Shown: in pieces, positions 1 to 9,927 of the stretch
Numbering within the stretch: the first letter of the stretch is position 1
Layout: each line of letters starts with the position of its first letter
Assembly (NCBI GenBank): GCA_030682655.1
Contig: JAUXNU010000151.1
Coordinates: 22,196 to 86,195 of the forward strand
Direction of reading: 5' to 3'
Length of the DNA stretch: 64,000 nucleotides
From: Actinomycetota bacterium
Lineage (GTDB): Bacteria; Actinomycetota; Coriobacteriia; Anaerosomatales; JAUXNU01
Translations under genes and position numbers: made by a program
The notes under the pieces: model-generated
What the model was told of the DNA's origin: nothing
Database searches by the model: none
Seen by the model: the letters and a program-made list of their open reading frames with translations, nothing else

Positions 1-1407
1 CTCATACGAGCGGCATGCGTCTTCGATCTGTCCCGCCGCACGGTACAGATTGCCGAGGTTCAGGTGTGCGAGCACGAAGTCAGGATCGGAGTACACCGTC
101 CGTTTGAGCTCTGCAATAGCCCGTTCCGGCTCCTCCTGACGCATGTGGATGATGCCGAGGATATAGCGCGCGGCGGACAGCAGTGGATCCCTCGTGAGCG
201 CGCTCTTGCATTCGTCGAGAGCAGCGCTCAGGTCACCGAGGTCGGCGTGCGCGTAGGCAGCCATGAGGAACGCCTGCGGGTCATCCGGATCCGCGTCGAG
301 CATGTCCGTCACAATGCCCAGAACATCACGCGGACGACCGTCGCTCGAAGCAGCGCGGGCCTGATCGAACAGGGTCGGTTCCTGCAGGTCGCCCTCGACC
401 GATTCCTGTACCACACCAGAAGGCACGGAGCGCGGCTCGCGCTTCGAATCGACGCTGGCACGACGCACCTCCACATCCGCTTCCGTCTGCCTTGAGGCAC
501 GAAGCTCATTGCGTGCGGTTCCTCGTTCGGGGAGCAGGGCGGCACCTCGACGTCGCAGCTGGGGTCGGCGGTACAGGAACACCCCGCCCAGTTCCACCGG
601 ATCAAACTGGTCAGAGATACTGGTGAGCGTTTCGGAGTGCCCGATGAACAAATAGCCACCGGGATTGAGGCTGTTGTAGAAGTTCTGCACGACACGGCGG
701 GTCGACTCGAGCTTGAAGTAGATTGTCACGTTCCGGCAGAAGATGACGTCCCAGTTGCCCATCAGGCCGAGCGGATACGGTTCCTTGATGAGGTTGTGGT
801 ACTGAAACTCGATGAGCGAACGAGTACGGTCCGTCACACGGTGACCCGTGGCCGTCGGCTCGAAGAACCGCGTCACCACCGCGTGCGGCACGCTCAGAAG
901 CGCCCGCGCCGGGTACACGCCCTCATTGGCTTTTCGCAGCGCGTTGGTCGAGACGTCCGTGCCAAGCACCTGAACGTCGTATCCGAGTCCTTCGAGACCG
1001 GAGTCGAGCAGGGTCATCGCGATCGAGTACGGCTCCTCACCCGTGGAACACCCTGCCGACCAGACTCGAAACGTGCGCTGAGTATCTGACTTGCCGTCGA
1101 CGATCTCGGGGATCACCATGTCTCGAAGAGCGTCGAACTGAGCCGGGAAGCGAAAGAAGCTGGTCTCGTTGATGGTGACGAGGTTCATGAGCTCCTTGAA
1201 CTCGGCCTCGTCAGAGGTCAGTAGCCGGTAGTACTCGTCCAGGGTACAGAACCCGAAGCGTGTCGCCCTCGTGATTAGCGAGATGCGCAGCGAATCGACC
1301 TTCATCTCTTCCAGGTAGATGCCAGAGTGCTGATGGATGTAGTCCCTGAAGCGGGTGAACTCCGCAGGGGTCAGGTTCTTCGAAAGGCTCGCGCCATCGC
1401 CGGGCAT
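1..1407 (-). CDS. cheR: CheR-type chemotaxis methyltransferase with C-terminal TPR repeats (3' end runs off the window)
   Basis: Not in the ORF track; translated by hand from ATG 1407 (RBS AGGAG). Motifs: 'LVTINETSFFRFPAQF', 'RVWSAGCSTGEEPYSIAM', 'GTDVS', 'WDVIFCRNVTIYF', 'GGYLFIGHSE', then TPR-like helices. Confidence 0.93.
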   Translation of the reverse strand, partial: MPGDGASLSKNLTPAEFTRFRDYIHQHSGIYLEEMKVDSLRISLITRATRFGFCTLDEYYRLLTSDEAEFKELMNLVTINETSFFRFPAQFDALRDMVIPEIVDGKSDTQRTFRVWSAGCSTGEEPYSIAMTLLDSGLEGLGYDVQVLGTDVSTNALRKANEGVYPARALLSVPHAVVTRFFEPTATGHRVTDRTRSLIEFQYHNLIKEPYPLGLMGNWDVIFCRNVTIYFKLESTRRVVQNFYNSLNPGGYLFIGHSETLTSISDQFDPVELGGVFLYRRPQLRRRGAALLPERGTARNELRASRQTEADVEVRRASVDSKREPRSVPSGVVQESVEGDLQEPTLFDQARAASSDGRPRDVLGIVTDMLDADPDDPQAFLMAAYAHADLGDLSAALDECKSALTRDPLLSAARYILGIIHMRQEEPERAIAELKRTVYSDPDFVLAHLNLGNLYRAAGQIEDACRSYE

Positions 1408-1415
1408 AGCCTCTC

Positions 1416-2165
1416 CTATGATTCCACCGCTGCCTCGTCAGGTGCTCCGAGCTTCTCGATCAACCCTGCCGAGTACATGCCGTAAAGAATCTTCGCGGTC
1501 TCGAAATCGTTGTAGCCGGCAAGCTCCACGAGTTCGCGAACGGTGCGCCCTCCATGAAGGTAGCAGAGGAGCATCCACTCCTTGGGCTTGAGGTGGATCT
1601 CCATGGACTTGTCACCAGGAGCCGACGCCATGATGAACCGGGTGTCCATCGAAGGGATCTTCTGACGTATGCGGTTCCACAGCTCGAGCCGTCGCGAGGA
1701 TTCCATGATGATGTTCTCGACGGACACCGATATGCCGATGTCCTCGTCTTCGCAGGTCTCGTCGGCCTCGAAACGCAGTTCACCGTCCTCCCAGCGGAAG
1801 AGGTCGAACAGCGTGTCATTGATCTGCTCCTGGATGAAGTTCTCGAGGACTTTGCCCTCAAGGTATCCCTCGTCAACAAGAATCTGGCCAAGCCTGCGGT
1901 TGGCCTTCTCCTTCTTCTGTATCTTCTGGAGACCCAGCGCCTGACGCAGCTGCTTCTCCGAGATCACGCCCGCCTTGACCAGGCGGCGTCCAAGGGATTC
2001 GCGGTTCCAGTTGCTCGAGGCAAAGAACACACGGCCCTTCTTGAAACAGACCTTGCCTCCAGCGTCCGCTCGCTCCATGTACAGCGCCCCGGTCTTGCGA
2101 CCGGACGACAGAAGCCGAAACATGTCCTCGAGCGAGAAGTCTCTGAGGTTGCCCTCCAGAGCCAC
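1416..2165 (-). CDS. DUF4388 (PatA-N-like) protein with an internal MshEN-like motif
   Basis: 'ALEGNLRDFSLEDMFRLLSSGRKTGALYM' is DUF4388-like; two LG..L...G...Q repeats follow. GTG start at 2165 chosen over the ORF-track start 2249. Confidence 0.85.
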   Translation of the reverse strand: MALEGNLRDFSLEDMFRLLSSGRKTGALYMERADAGGKVCFKKGRVFFASSNWNRESLGRRLVKAGVISEKQLRQALGLQKIQKKEKANRRLGQILVDEGYLEGKVLENFIQEQINDTLFDLFRWEDGELRFEADETCEDEDIGISVSVENIIMESSRRLELWNRIRQKIPSMDTRFIMASAPGDKSMEIHLKPKEWMLLCYLHGGRTVRELVELAGYNDFETAKILYGMYSAGLIEKLGAPDEAAVES

Positions 2166-2370
2166 GAGCACCCTCCCAGATGACATGCCCGAAGAAATCG
2201 GGCACGGAACAGGCATCTTCCACGCGCCGAAACAAGCTGCGCGACGCACTCATCCTATCATGCGTGCCGCCTACGGAAAAAGGCACGTTCACGCCCGCAA
2301 ATGCACCGTGCTGCCGGCTGCGCGACCGGCGCTGCATGGCAGCGCGTCGGCGCTGCGACTCAGAGGGACC

Positions 2371-4071
2371 CTAGATCCCCTCTGAGTCGGGAAGTTGAGC
2401 GGGAATGCGAAGCTCGAAGAGCGAACCGATGCCAGGCTCACTGTGCACGAGCACGAGGTCACCCCCCAGGACCTGCGCAAGGAGACGGGAGACCGAGAGA
2501 CCGAGACCTGTGCCGGTCGGCTTCCCCACCTCGGGCGTTCGAATCTGGTAGTACCGCTCGAATATCGCATTCTGCTGGTTCGCGGCGATTCCCGCCCCGG
2601 AGTCGGCGATCCGAAACACGACCCCGTCCTCGGAGCATTCGGCGTCGATGTCGATCCCCCCGGCGGTCGTGAACTTGGCGGCGTTGCTCAGGAGGTTGTA
2701 CAGAATCTGTCCGGCTCGACCGCGGTCCGTGAACACGACCGCCGGGGCGGCGCACTCGTGCACGGTCAGTTTGACGCCCTTCTCATCTAGAGAGGCGCGG
2801 AACGGTTCGACAGCGTCCTGGATGAGCACGTTGATGTCGAACTCCTCGGGGACGAGCCGCATGTGACCCGTCTCGATCTTCGACAGGTCAAGCATGTCGT
2901 CTACGATCGCCAGCAGATGCACACCTGCCCGGTTGACCATGTCGAGTTGGCGGAGCTGCTCCTCGGAAAGCTCTCCAGTCAGACCCTTCAACATGACGCC
3001 GCTGAATCCGATGATCGAGTTCAGCGGCGTGCGCAACTCGTGGCTCATGGACGCGAGAAACTCGTCTTTCGCGTGCAACGCCTGGACCAGTTCGTCGATA
3101 GACCCGCGCAAATCGCTGGTGCGCTCCTCGATGATGTGCTCCAGACTCCCCTTCACCTGCTCCAGCTCACGCACCGCCTCCTCGAGATCGCGCTCGCGCC
3201 AGCCGCGTTCAAGCTGGGCACGAAGTACTGGACCGACTGACTCGGCGATTGACTCGAGGAGGGCGACGACCTGCTCGTCATAGCCGTCCGGGCGATTGGC
3301 CACACTGATTTGGCCAATGACCTCGCCGTGATCCTTGATGGCCACCACAGCGTGGCATTTCACCGGGATGTGCCCATCCGGAACACGCGCCGGTTCGTTG
3401 GAGAAGCGCGACAGTCCATCCCGAAGACACTCAGCCCAGGTCGCAGCTCCCCACTCGTCACGGAGATACACGATCGACTTCGCGGCAACGCCGCACCCAT
3501 CCCATACGTCCCCCGCGAACGTAGGAACTATCGAGTTTCCATCGCGATCGATGTGACCGAGTGCCCCGATCTCGCTCCCCGTAGCCTCAAGAATCTCCTT
3601 CAGGACCGCTGAGTGCGCCTCGGCGTCTGTCCCCTTCATGAAGATCCGCGCAATCCGGTTGATGACGGCGGCGCGTTCCTCGGCAGCGCGCTCACACGTA
3701 ACGTCCACAAAGATGCAGTGCGTCTGCCTGAAGGAGCCGTCATCGTTGTGCGCGATGCGCCCGTTGGCCATCCAGCGAACGTGGGCGCCGTCCTTGCGCC
3801 TCATGGCGAAGTCGGCGCCGTGGGTCTCTCCGGCCTCCTTGAAATGGGGAAACCGCTCGCGGAACTTCGGAACCTGGTCCTCGGCGAGGAAGTCCCCGAA
3901 CCAGCGCCCGATAGCCTCCTCCGCAGAGTAGCCGAGACCTTCGAGCCACGCCGGGTTCACTGCGATGATGTTGCCATCCGAGTCGAGAGATTGGTATGGC
4001 AGCGGGGCGTTCTCGTATAGAAGACGAAACTCAACTGATGCATCGAGCGCGCGTGACTCCCGTTCGTCCAT
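2371..4071 (-). CDS. PAS-GAF sensor histidine kinase
   Basis: PAS at the N-terminus, GAF ('IGQISVANRPDGY'), H-box 'FLASMSHELRTPLN', N-box 'ILYNLLSNAAKFT', G boxes 'DSGAGI' and 'GTGLGL'. Confidence 0.95.
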   Translation of the reverse strand: MDERESRALDASVEFRLLYENAPLPYQSLDSDGNIIAVNPAWLEGLGYSAEEAIGRWFGDFLAEDQVPKFRERFPHFKEAGETHGADFAMRRKDGAHVRWMANGRIAHNDDGSFRQTHCIFVDVTCERAAEERAAVINRIARIFMKGTDAEAHSAVLKEILEATGSEIGALGHIDRDGNSIVPTFAGDVWDGCGVAAKSIVYLRDEWGAATWAECLRDGLSRFSNEPARVPDGHIPVKCHAVVAIKDHGEVIGQISVANRPDGYDEQVVALLESIAESVGPVLRAQLERGWRERDLEEAVRELEQVKGSLEHIIEERTSDLRGSIDELVQALHAKDEFLASMSHELRTPLNSIIGFSGVMLKGLTGELSEEQLRQLDMVNRAGVHLLAIVDDMLDLSKIETGHMRLVPEEFDINVLIQDAVEPFRASLDEKGVKLTVHECAAPAVVFTDRGRAGQILYNLLSNAAKFTTAGGIDIDAECSEDGVVFRIADSGAGIAANQQNAIFERYYQIRTPEVGKPTGTGLGLSVSRLLAQVLGGDLVLVHSEPGIGSLFELRIPAQLPDSEGI

Positions 4072-4177
4072 GGCAGGTCCAATCGCCGCTCAACGCGGCC
4101 GGCCCTACAAGCCCCTCCGGCGCGAGTATAGCCCTGCGCGGCTGGCAGCGGCGCGGTAGACTGACGAACGGTGATGC

Positions 4178-4855
4178 ATGGTGCGTAGAGTGGTTACGAT
4201 AGCCCTGGGCGTGTTCGCGGTGTTCGTCGTCGTGCTGCTCGCACGACCCGTTCGCAAGACCGAACGTTCCGTCCCGGAAGGCGCGGATGTGGACACCGGT
4301 CCCGAGTCGCACGACGACACGCTCGCTCCTGCGCGCACGGAGACGCCTGAACCCGTCCTCGGCACAGTCGTTGGAGAGCTACCCGCAACCCTCATCAATC
4401 CTGAGATCGTGATATCGAAGTCGTTACGCACGCTCACCGTCATGTCCGAGGGTGCACGTGTCAAGACGTACCGCATCGCCCTGGGACGTGATCCGATAGC
4501 GGACAAGCTGAAGGAGGGCGACGGTCGAACTCCAGAGGGCGACTTCTACGTCTGTGGCCGACACTCAGAGACTCGCTACCACCGGACGCTCGGACTCTCG
4601 TATCCGAATGAGGAGGACGCCGAACGCGGCAGCGCAGCGGGAATCATCTCGCGGCGCGAGTACACCGACATCGTGCGGGCTATCCGCGCGATGAAACGTC
4701 CTCCGTGGCACACCGGACTCGGCGGCGAGATCATGATTCACGGTGGCGGGACGGCGGACGACTGGACTGATGGGTGCATCGCAATGTCTGATGCCGACGC
4801 CGAGGAGCTGTTCGCTGCCACGCCACTCGGAACGCCGGTGTGTATCGAGCCGTGA
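4178..4855 (+). CDS. L,D-transpeptidase (YkuD family), membrane-anchored
   Basis: N-terminal TM segment; 'EGDGRTPEGDFY'; catalytic 'IMIHGG...WTDGCIAM'. Confidence 0.9.
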   Translation: MVRRVVTIALGVFAVFVVVLLARPVRKTERSVPEGADVDTGPESHDDTLAPARTETPEPVLGTVVGELPATLINPEIVISKSLRTLTVMSEGARVKTYRIALGRDPIADKLKEGDGRTPEGDFYVCGRHSETRYHRTLGLSYPNEEDAERGSAAGIISRREYTDIVRAIRAMKRPPWHTGLGGEIMIHGGGTADDWTDGCIAMSDADAEELFAATPLGTPVCIEP

Positions 4856-4933
4856 AGCTTCGGAACCCACCACACCGGTGGGCGCCGAAAGACGTGCGAT
4901 GCGCTTTCGTACCCTGTGACCCAGAAGTGTCAC

Positions 4934-7240
4934 CTATAGCGAGATGTTGCCCTGAGTGAGCTGGTTCACCGGCTCAAGTAGGTCGACGGTGCCGGGCGCG
5001 CTATCGTAGAGCAGTGACCCGTCCGGCGAGACAAGCCTCAACCGAATGTAGTCGGGTGCGCGCCGCGTGCCACCATCTCGAACGGTGAAGGTGAATCGAA
5101 CGGCGCTGCCGTCCTTGGCACGCCCACTCCCGGACACATATGCCTTGCCTGCTGCCACAACCATCCAGTCGAACGACGTCGCGCCAAAGAAGACCCCTGC
5201 CTCGCGCGACTCGAACCGGAACAGCCCCTCCGGCACGGTGCTTCCCGCAGGATACTCGACATCCGTTTTGAGCGATGCCTGACACGACAGTGCCGGCTCC
5301 TCGACGAACGACCCGACCGGACTGATGTACTTCCCGTTCCCAGATACCGAACCGGCAGAATCGAACACGACAAGTCCAGTCGATACGATTCCGGAGGTAT
5401 TGCCCGCAGCGTCAGTCGCCCGAATCTCCACTGTGTGCAGCCCCGCTGTGGTGAACGCGGGAACGACCGCAGCCACAGGCTCGACCGGCTCGTCGAACGC
5501 CAGATCGATGGCGCTCATTGGGGTCCACGCTCCGTCGTCCACGCGGTACTCGACGGACGAAATGGTAGACGCGCCAGAGGCGGTATCATCGGCAGTGGCG
5601 AAGAGCATCACGTCCTGACCCACGCTCGCCACGGCGGGAACAGCGACCGTATCGCGAACCACGGGCGTCTGCACGTCTACATACTCGGTCACCGTGAAGC
5701 CATACGTGGCACTTCCGCCGAACGCCTGCCCGGCAAAACCCGAGCCGAACTCCGAGGTCGCACTCACGGCGGCCGCTTGGTCGAGCGCGGCCACGTGAAC
5801 CTTGTGGGTCCCGTACTCGAGCACCACGGGCGACGCAACGCGCCATCGCACGGACGGACTCCCCAGCCCCTCCACGATCTCGGCACGTTGCCAGGCGACG
5901 TCGTTGTCGAGGCGGTAGTACACCCCAACAATGTTCGAGACATACGGCGACCTGAGATCCTCGGCAGTCCCCTCGATGACGGGCTGGGTCGATGTTGTCG
6001 CATCGCCCGGCAGAGGCTCAACCGCAACAGCGACAGCCGGTGGTGCCGCGGCATGGGCGACCGACGGCGTCACGAAGCCGAGCGCAACAGGCGCGGGTTC
6101 GTCGATGACGGTCACACTGTCACCCGTCCAGTTACCGACGTAGGTCTTGTGCGGCGAGATACCCTCGTTGACGGCGACGGCGTATGGCCGCACGCCGGTG
6201 GCAACAGTCGTGGTCGCGAGAGTGTTGGAGATCACCGTGACGTTCGCCGATCCGTAGTTCGTGACGAAGGCCTTGCCGTCCGACGCGTCAAACGCGACCG
6301 CGTAGGGATTCGTGCCAACAGGAATCGTCGCGGTGACCGTGTTCGTGTCGGCATCGATCACCGAAACCGTACCGCTGTAGAAATTGGCGACAAACACACG
6401 CCTGTTGGCGGAGTCAACCGCAATACCCACAGGCCGATCGCCGACCGGAATCGTGGCAGCAACGGCGTCGGTGTCGTCGATGACCGTGACTGAGTCGCCG
6501 GTCTCGTTCGAGACGTACGCGTAGCCGGTCGCCGGATCTACGGCGATCGACTTGGGCGCCGCTCCGACGCCGATCGTCGTGATCACCGTGTCCGTCGTCG
6601 GGTCGATCACTGTGACTGTGTTCGCGCTCGCGTCCGCCGCATACAGGCGGTGCCTGCTTGCCGAGGAGAACATCCCGAGAGCCCGTGGAGCCGTACCGAC
6701 CGCGATATGACCGACGACTGCATTGGTGGTTGCGTTGATGACCGCGATTGTGCCGCTACCGTAGTTGGCGGCGTAGACCTTGGGCGGCGACAGCGTGGGA
6801 TCGATGGCAAGCGCACGGGGACCCGAGGCGTGAACGGCCCCCGTGTCCACCGCAACGGGCGGGGCGCCCGGCGCTGACTCATCGATGACGGCGACGCACG
6901 CCGCCCAGAAGTTCGCTACGAAGGCCTTGGCAGGCGATTGGAGCGAGTCGACCACGATCGAAATCGGGACCGAGAAACTCTCTGGCATCGTGGCCGTCGC
7001 GACCACCGAGTCGGACACGCCGTCGATGACCGACACGGTATTGCCGTAGTAGTTGGCGACGTAGACCGCATGACTCACGGGGTTCACGGCAATCGCAACA
7101 GGGGCATCGCCTACCGGGATTGTCGCGATCGGGATGTCGGACGGATAGCCGATGCCCACGAGCGAGAGCAGAATGACCGCTACGAACGCGGCGAGTGTCG
7201 CCGATCTGCCCAGTCGACGAAGCAGTCTTCCGGACCACAT
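4934..7240 (-). CDS. Secreted YVTN/YncE beta-propeller protein with Ig-like domains
   Basis: Signal peptide; about 7-8 repeats of 'YVAN..S.TVSVID...V.ATIPVG..P..IAV'; two Ig-like modules ('EY.LD...W', 'HTVEIRATDAAGNTS'). Confidence 0.88.
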   Translation of the reverse strand: MWSGRLLRRLGRSATLAAFVAVILLSLVGIGYPSDIPIATIPVGDAPVAIAVNPVSHAVYVANYYGNTVSVIDGVSDSVVATATMPESFSVPISIVVDSLQSPAKAFVANFWAACVAVIDESAPGAPPVAVDTGAVHASGPRALAIDPTLSPPKVYAANYGSGTIAVINATTNAVVGHIAVGTAPRALGMFSSASRHRLYAADASANTVTVIDPTTDTVITTIGVGAAPKSIAVDPATGYAYVSNETGDSVTVIDDTDAVAATIPVGDRPVGIAVDSANRRVFVANFYSGTVSVIDADTNTVTATIPVGTNPYAVAFDASDGKAFVTNYGSANVTVISNTLATTTVATGVRPYAVAVNEGISPHKTYVGNWTGDSVTVIDEPAPVALGFVTPSVAHAAAPPAVAVAVEPLPGDATTSTQPVIEGTAEDLRSPYVSNIVGVYYRLDNDVAWQRAEIVEGLGSPSVRWRVASPVVLEYGTHKVHVAALDQAAAVSATSEFGSGFAGQAFGGSATYGFTVTEYVDVQTPVVRDTVAVPAVASVGQDVMLFATADDTASGASTISSVEYRVDDGAWTPMSAIDLAFDEPVEPVAAVVPAFTTAGLHTVEIRATDAAGNTSGIVSTGLVVFDSAGSVSGNGKYISPVGSFVEEPALSCQASLKTDVEYPAGSTVPEGLFRFESREAGVFFGATSFDWMVVAAGKAYVSGSGRAKDGSAVRFTFTVRDGGTRRAPDYIRLRLVSPDGSLLYDSAPGTVDLLEPVNQLTQGNISL

Positions 7241-7390
7241 GAAGCATCATCTCCCTCGTCCGGTACAACGGAGTATACCCACGAGAGGGTGCGCCCGCTC
7301 TCCTTCGTTTCGGAGGGGTTGGAACACGACGCAACAACCTGTGCCTCACCTACAGCATCTTCCCTGTCGCGAGAAACACGCCGAAACAGC

Positions 7391-7424
7391 GATGCGGGAC
7401 CGGTCTTGGCTCCGGCCCCGCATC
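7391..7424. terminator. GC-rich hairpin downstream of the 44-aa ORF
   Basis: GATGCGGGACCGG...CCGGCCCCGCATC imperfect inverted repeat. Confidence 0.4.
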
Positions 7425-7460
7425 GGCCACGCACCTGCGTCGCACTTCTCAGCCTACAGG

Positions 7461-7595
7461 CTAGGGCGTGACCAGGCAGCTTCCGTCCTTGAGCTTCAGC
7501 TGCGTGCGGAGCTGATCCGCACCAAAAGCCGCCGTTGGCGCCACAACGAGCGCCATGAGCGCGCACACGAGTGCAAGAGCCACTATCTTGCGCAT
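7461..7595 (-). CDS. 44-aa secreted microprotein MRKIVALALVCALMALVVAPTAAFGADQLRTQLKLKDGSCLVTP
   Basis: RBS AGGAGG upstream of ATG; clear Sec signal peptide (K, hydrophobic core, AFG|A); TAG at 7461-7463; missed by the ORF track. Confidence 0.7.
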   Translation of the reverse strand: MRKIVALALVCALMALVVAPTAAFGADQLRTQLKLKDGSCLVTP

Positions 7596-7675
7596 AGAGG
7601 AGTCCCTCCTTTCGACCGCAACGCCCCTCTCGTGGTCGTAACGTCCGAAGAGCGCAACCGGATACCGGCGAGACG

Positions 7676-8110
7676 CTATCCTCCGGTAGCCCGCACGTGC
7701 ACACCGGACGATCTCGCGAGAACGCCGGTCTCAGGGTGTGCGAGACCCCCCACTAGCAGAGACGGCCAGAACACGACCGCGGAACCGAAGCCCCACATGA
7801 GAGCGCGGAAGAGTCCCGGGCGTTCATCGTCGAATCCTAGGTCGAACAGGTACATGCCTGGAGTTCGACCCAGGAGGACTGATGTGAGCGCAACGTATAG
7901 CGCATGCGCGATGCCGATGACGACGAGTATCGAGACGACGAACACCCAGACGGGAACGTAGGCCCGAACGATGGGAAACGGGAAGACGATCACGCCAATC
8001 ACCACCGCTGCAGCGTAGTCGATCGCGGAAGCAGACCGAACGCGCCCCTGTCGGGCCGGCCCCGTGGTCTGGTACTCAGCAAACCTGCCGTTCACGGACG
8101 TTCCTCCCAT
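7676..8110 (-). CDS. RDD-family membrane protein
   Basis: 'R..SAIDY' followed by TMs and 'GRTPGMYLFDL'; start uncertain. Confidence 0.65.
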   Translation of the reverse strand: MGGTSVNGRFAEYQTTGPARQGRVRSASAIDYAAAVVIGVIVFPFPIVRAYVPVWVFVVSILVVIGIAHALYVALTSVLLGRTPGMYLFDLGFDDERPGLFRALMWGFGSAVVFWPSLLVGGLAHPETGVLARSSGVHVRATGG

Positions 8111-8970
8111 ACCGCAGGCCGACGGGATGCCTCGACAGCCGCGACCAGCGCCGCGACCTCCTCTGAAGTCGTCAAACCTCCGTCATCGGCAAGAAGCAGG
8201 CCTTGTGCGGCGGCAAGAACACCTGCACGCACGCCCGCCCGAATCGCCTGCGGCGCACCCGAACGTAGGTCATCGCCGGGCAATCCTCCGATGACCGCGA
8301 GACCGGCGGCACGGGCCGACGCGTAGATGGTCTCGAACGTATCGTAGCTCACTCCCCCGACATGAAGCGCCCGAAACCCGGCACTCGCGATTGCACGCAT
8401 GAAGACGCGTGTGTCGCCGTCGGAGTGCAGCACCGGATCCATCCCGCGCTCCAACGCAGAAGCGGCGAGCCGACCCAGACGCGGAAGCAACTCGGCGAGG
8501 ACGTGGTCGGGCGCGTACAGCGGGCCATCGAGCACCGCGATGTCCTCGGCAATCACGCAGGCCACCGCCCCGGGGGGAGCCGATGCGACATCGCTCGCCG
8601 CCGCCTCGGTCGCACGGTCGAGAGCGTCGGCCAGATCGGGCGCGTGTCTGGCGGTGTCGACCACCGTCTGCGACCAGCCCCTCTCGGCCGCCACTCGTCC
8701 GAGAGGGCCGGCGACCGTCCAGAACACCGAGGTCCCGCAGGAACCGACAGCCTCCGCAAGGCTGGTCGCGCCGGGTTCCCAGGCGGGAACGAAGGCAAAG
8801 TCCAGCTCGATATCGCAGCATGCGGCGACAAGCCGCAGCTGCCCCAGATGACCCCACATCACGCCGGCGATGGCATCTTCAGGCACGAGCGAGAATCCGA
8901 CCGCGAGCCCCGAGCCGCCACGCAGCACGGCACGCACGAGGTCACGACTCACGGAGAGTGCATTCCTCAT
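8092..8970 (-). CDS. Uroporphyrinogen decarboxylase / MtaA-like TIM-barrel protein
   Basis: 'IAEDIA..DGPLYAP...ELLPRL...PVLHSDG' pattern; ATG 8970 with RBS GGAG. The ORF-track extension overlaps the next gene. Confidence 0.6.
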   Translation of the reverse strand: MRNALSVSRDLVRAVLRGGSGLAVGFSLVPEDAIAGVMWGHLGQLRLVAACCDIELDFAFVPAWEPGATSLAEAVGSCGTSVFWTVAGPLGRVAAERGWSQTVVDTARHAPDLADALDRATEAAASDVASAPPGAVACVIAEDIAVLDGPLYAPDHVLAELLPRLGRLAASALERGMDPVLHSDGDTRVFMRAIASAGFRALHVGGVSYDTFETIYASARAAGLAVIGGLPGDDLRSGAPQAIRAGVRAGVLAAAQGLLLADDGGLTTSEEVAALVAAVEASRRPAVWEERP

Positions 8971-8984
8971 GCTCCCGTGTCCCC

Positions 8985-9461
8985 TCAGAAGAAGCTCACG
9001 CCTGCGGCTACCGCCTCGTAGAATCCCCACATGATGAAGAACGCACCGAGAACGCCAAGCCCGACAGCGAGGAACGACTTGCGCCAGTCCATGTCGAGCA
9101 TCCACGCGGCAACCGACCCCGAGTAGGCGCCGGTTCCCGGTAGAGGGATCGCGACGAACACGGCGAGGCCCAGCACGCCGTACTTCTCGACGAGGGGATG
9201 CGCCTTCTTGCGGACGCTCTCGAGCTTGCGATGGAGCCAAGAGCCCTCGGGAATATGCTCGTAGACCCGCTCCAGAATGAAGAACGTCGGGAAGAAGATC
9301 AGTCCGTTCGTGATGAGGATGAGCGGCAGGTACAGCCGCTCGCCCTGCTGGACAGCTAGCCCTATCGCACCGCGCAGCTCAACCCACGGCACCAACGTGA
9401 GAACGACGTACTTGACATAGGGAGGCAGACTCGAGGCGAAGTCGATCACTGCCTGAGTCAT
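8985..9461 (-). CDS. Small multidrug export-like membrane protein (COG2426 type)
   Basis: 'VPWVELRGAIG' and 'FVAIPLPGTGAYSG' family motifs. Confidence 0.85.
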   Translation of the reverse strand: MTQAVIDFASSLPPYVKYVVLTLVPWVELRGAIGLAVQQGERLYLPLILITNGLIFFPTFFILERVYEHIPEGSWLHRKLESVRKKAHPLVEKYGVLGLAVFVAIPLPGTGAYSGSVAAWMLDMDWRKSFLAVGLGVLGAFFIMWGFYEAVAAGVSFF

Positions 9462-9835
9462 CGCTCCGACTCCGCCCAGGCGTCCCAGACCTTCTCGACC
9501 TCACGGCGCCAGAACGAGACCCGGTCCGACGTGTCGCGCCCGAGTTCCTCTGCGTGGCGGAAGTATCCGTCACCGGGTATGCCGTCGGACACCCGTACGA
9601 CAACGGAGCCCAGCATGGTGCCGCGGGCCATGTCCTCCATCTGACAGACCTCGCCGAGCATTACCGACAACGCCGAGGAGCGAGGCGACATGCGCCGCCC
9701 GGAGATGCGCGTCACGAGGTTCCCGTAGGTGATGGTCTGCCGTTCGCACGCGATCTCAGCCAGCACCGATCGCATCTCGTCGCGGCAGCGGTGCCACTCC
9801 TCGGCAGTGAAGCCGTAGCGCGTGCCCCCTGGCAT
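9458..9835 (-). CDS. Hypothetical protein (winged-helix-like)
   Basis: RBS-preceded ATG, 4-nt overlap with the next gene; 'TITYGNLV...LGSVVVRVSDGIPGDGYF'. Confidence 0.65.
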   Translation of the reverse strand: MPGGTRYGFTAEEWHRCRDEMRSVLAEIACERQTITYGNLVTRISGRRMSPRSSALSVMLGEVCQMEDMARGTMLGSVVVRVSDGIPGDGYFRHAEELGRDTSDRVSFWRREVEKVWDAWAESER

Positions 9836-9927
9836 GGAAGTCCTTTCGCGAGACTACATCGGGATTCTATCCCATGCCCACACGCAAGACGGTACCGGCT
9901 GCGCAGCGTTGCCGGAAGGATGCCGCT

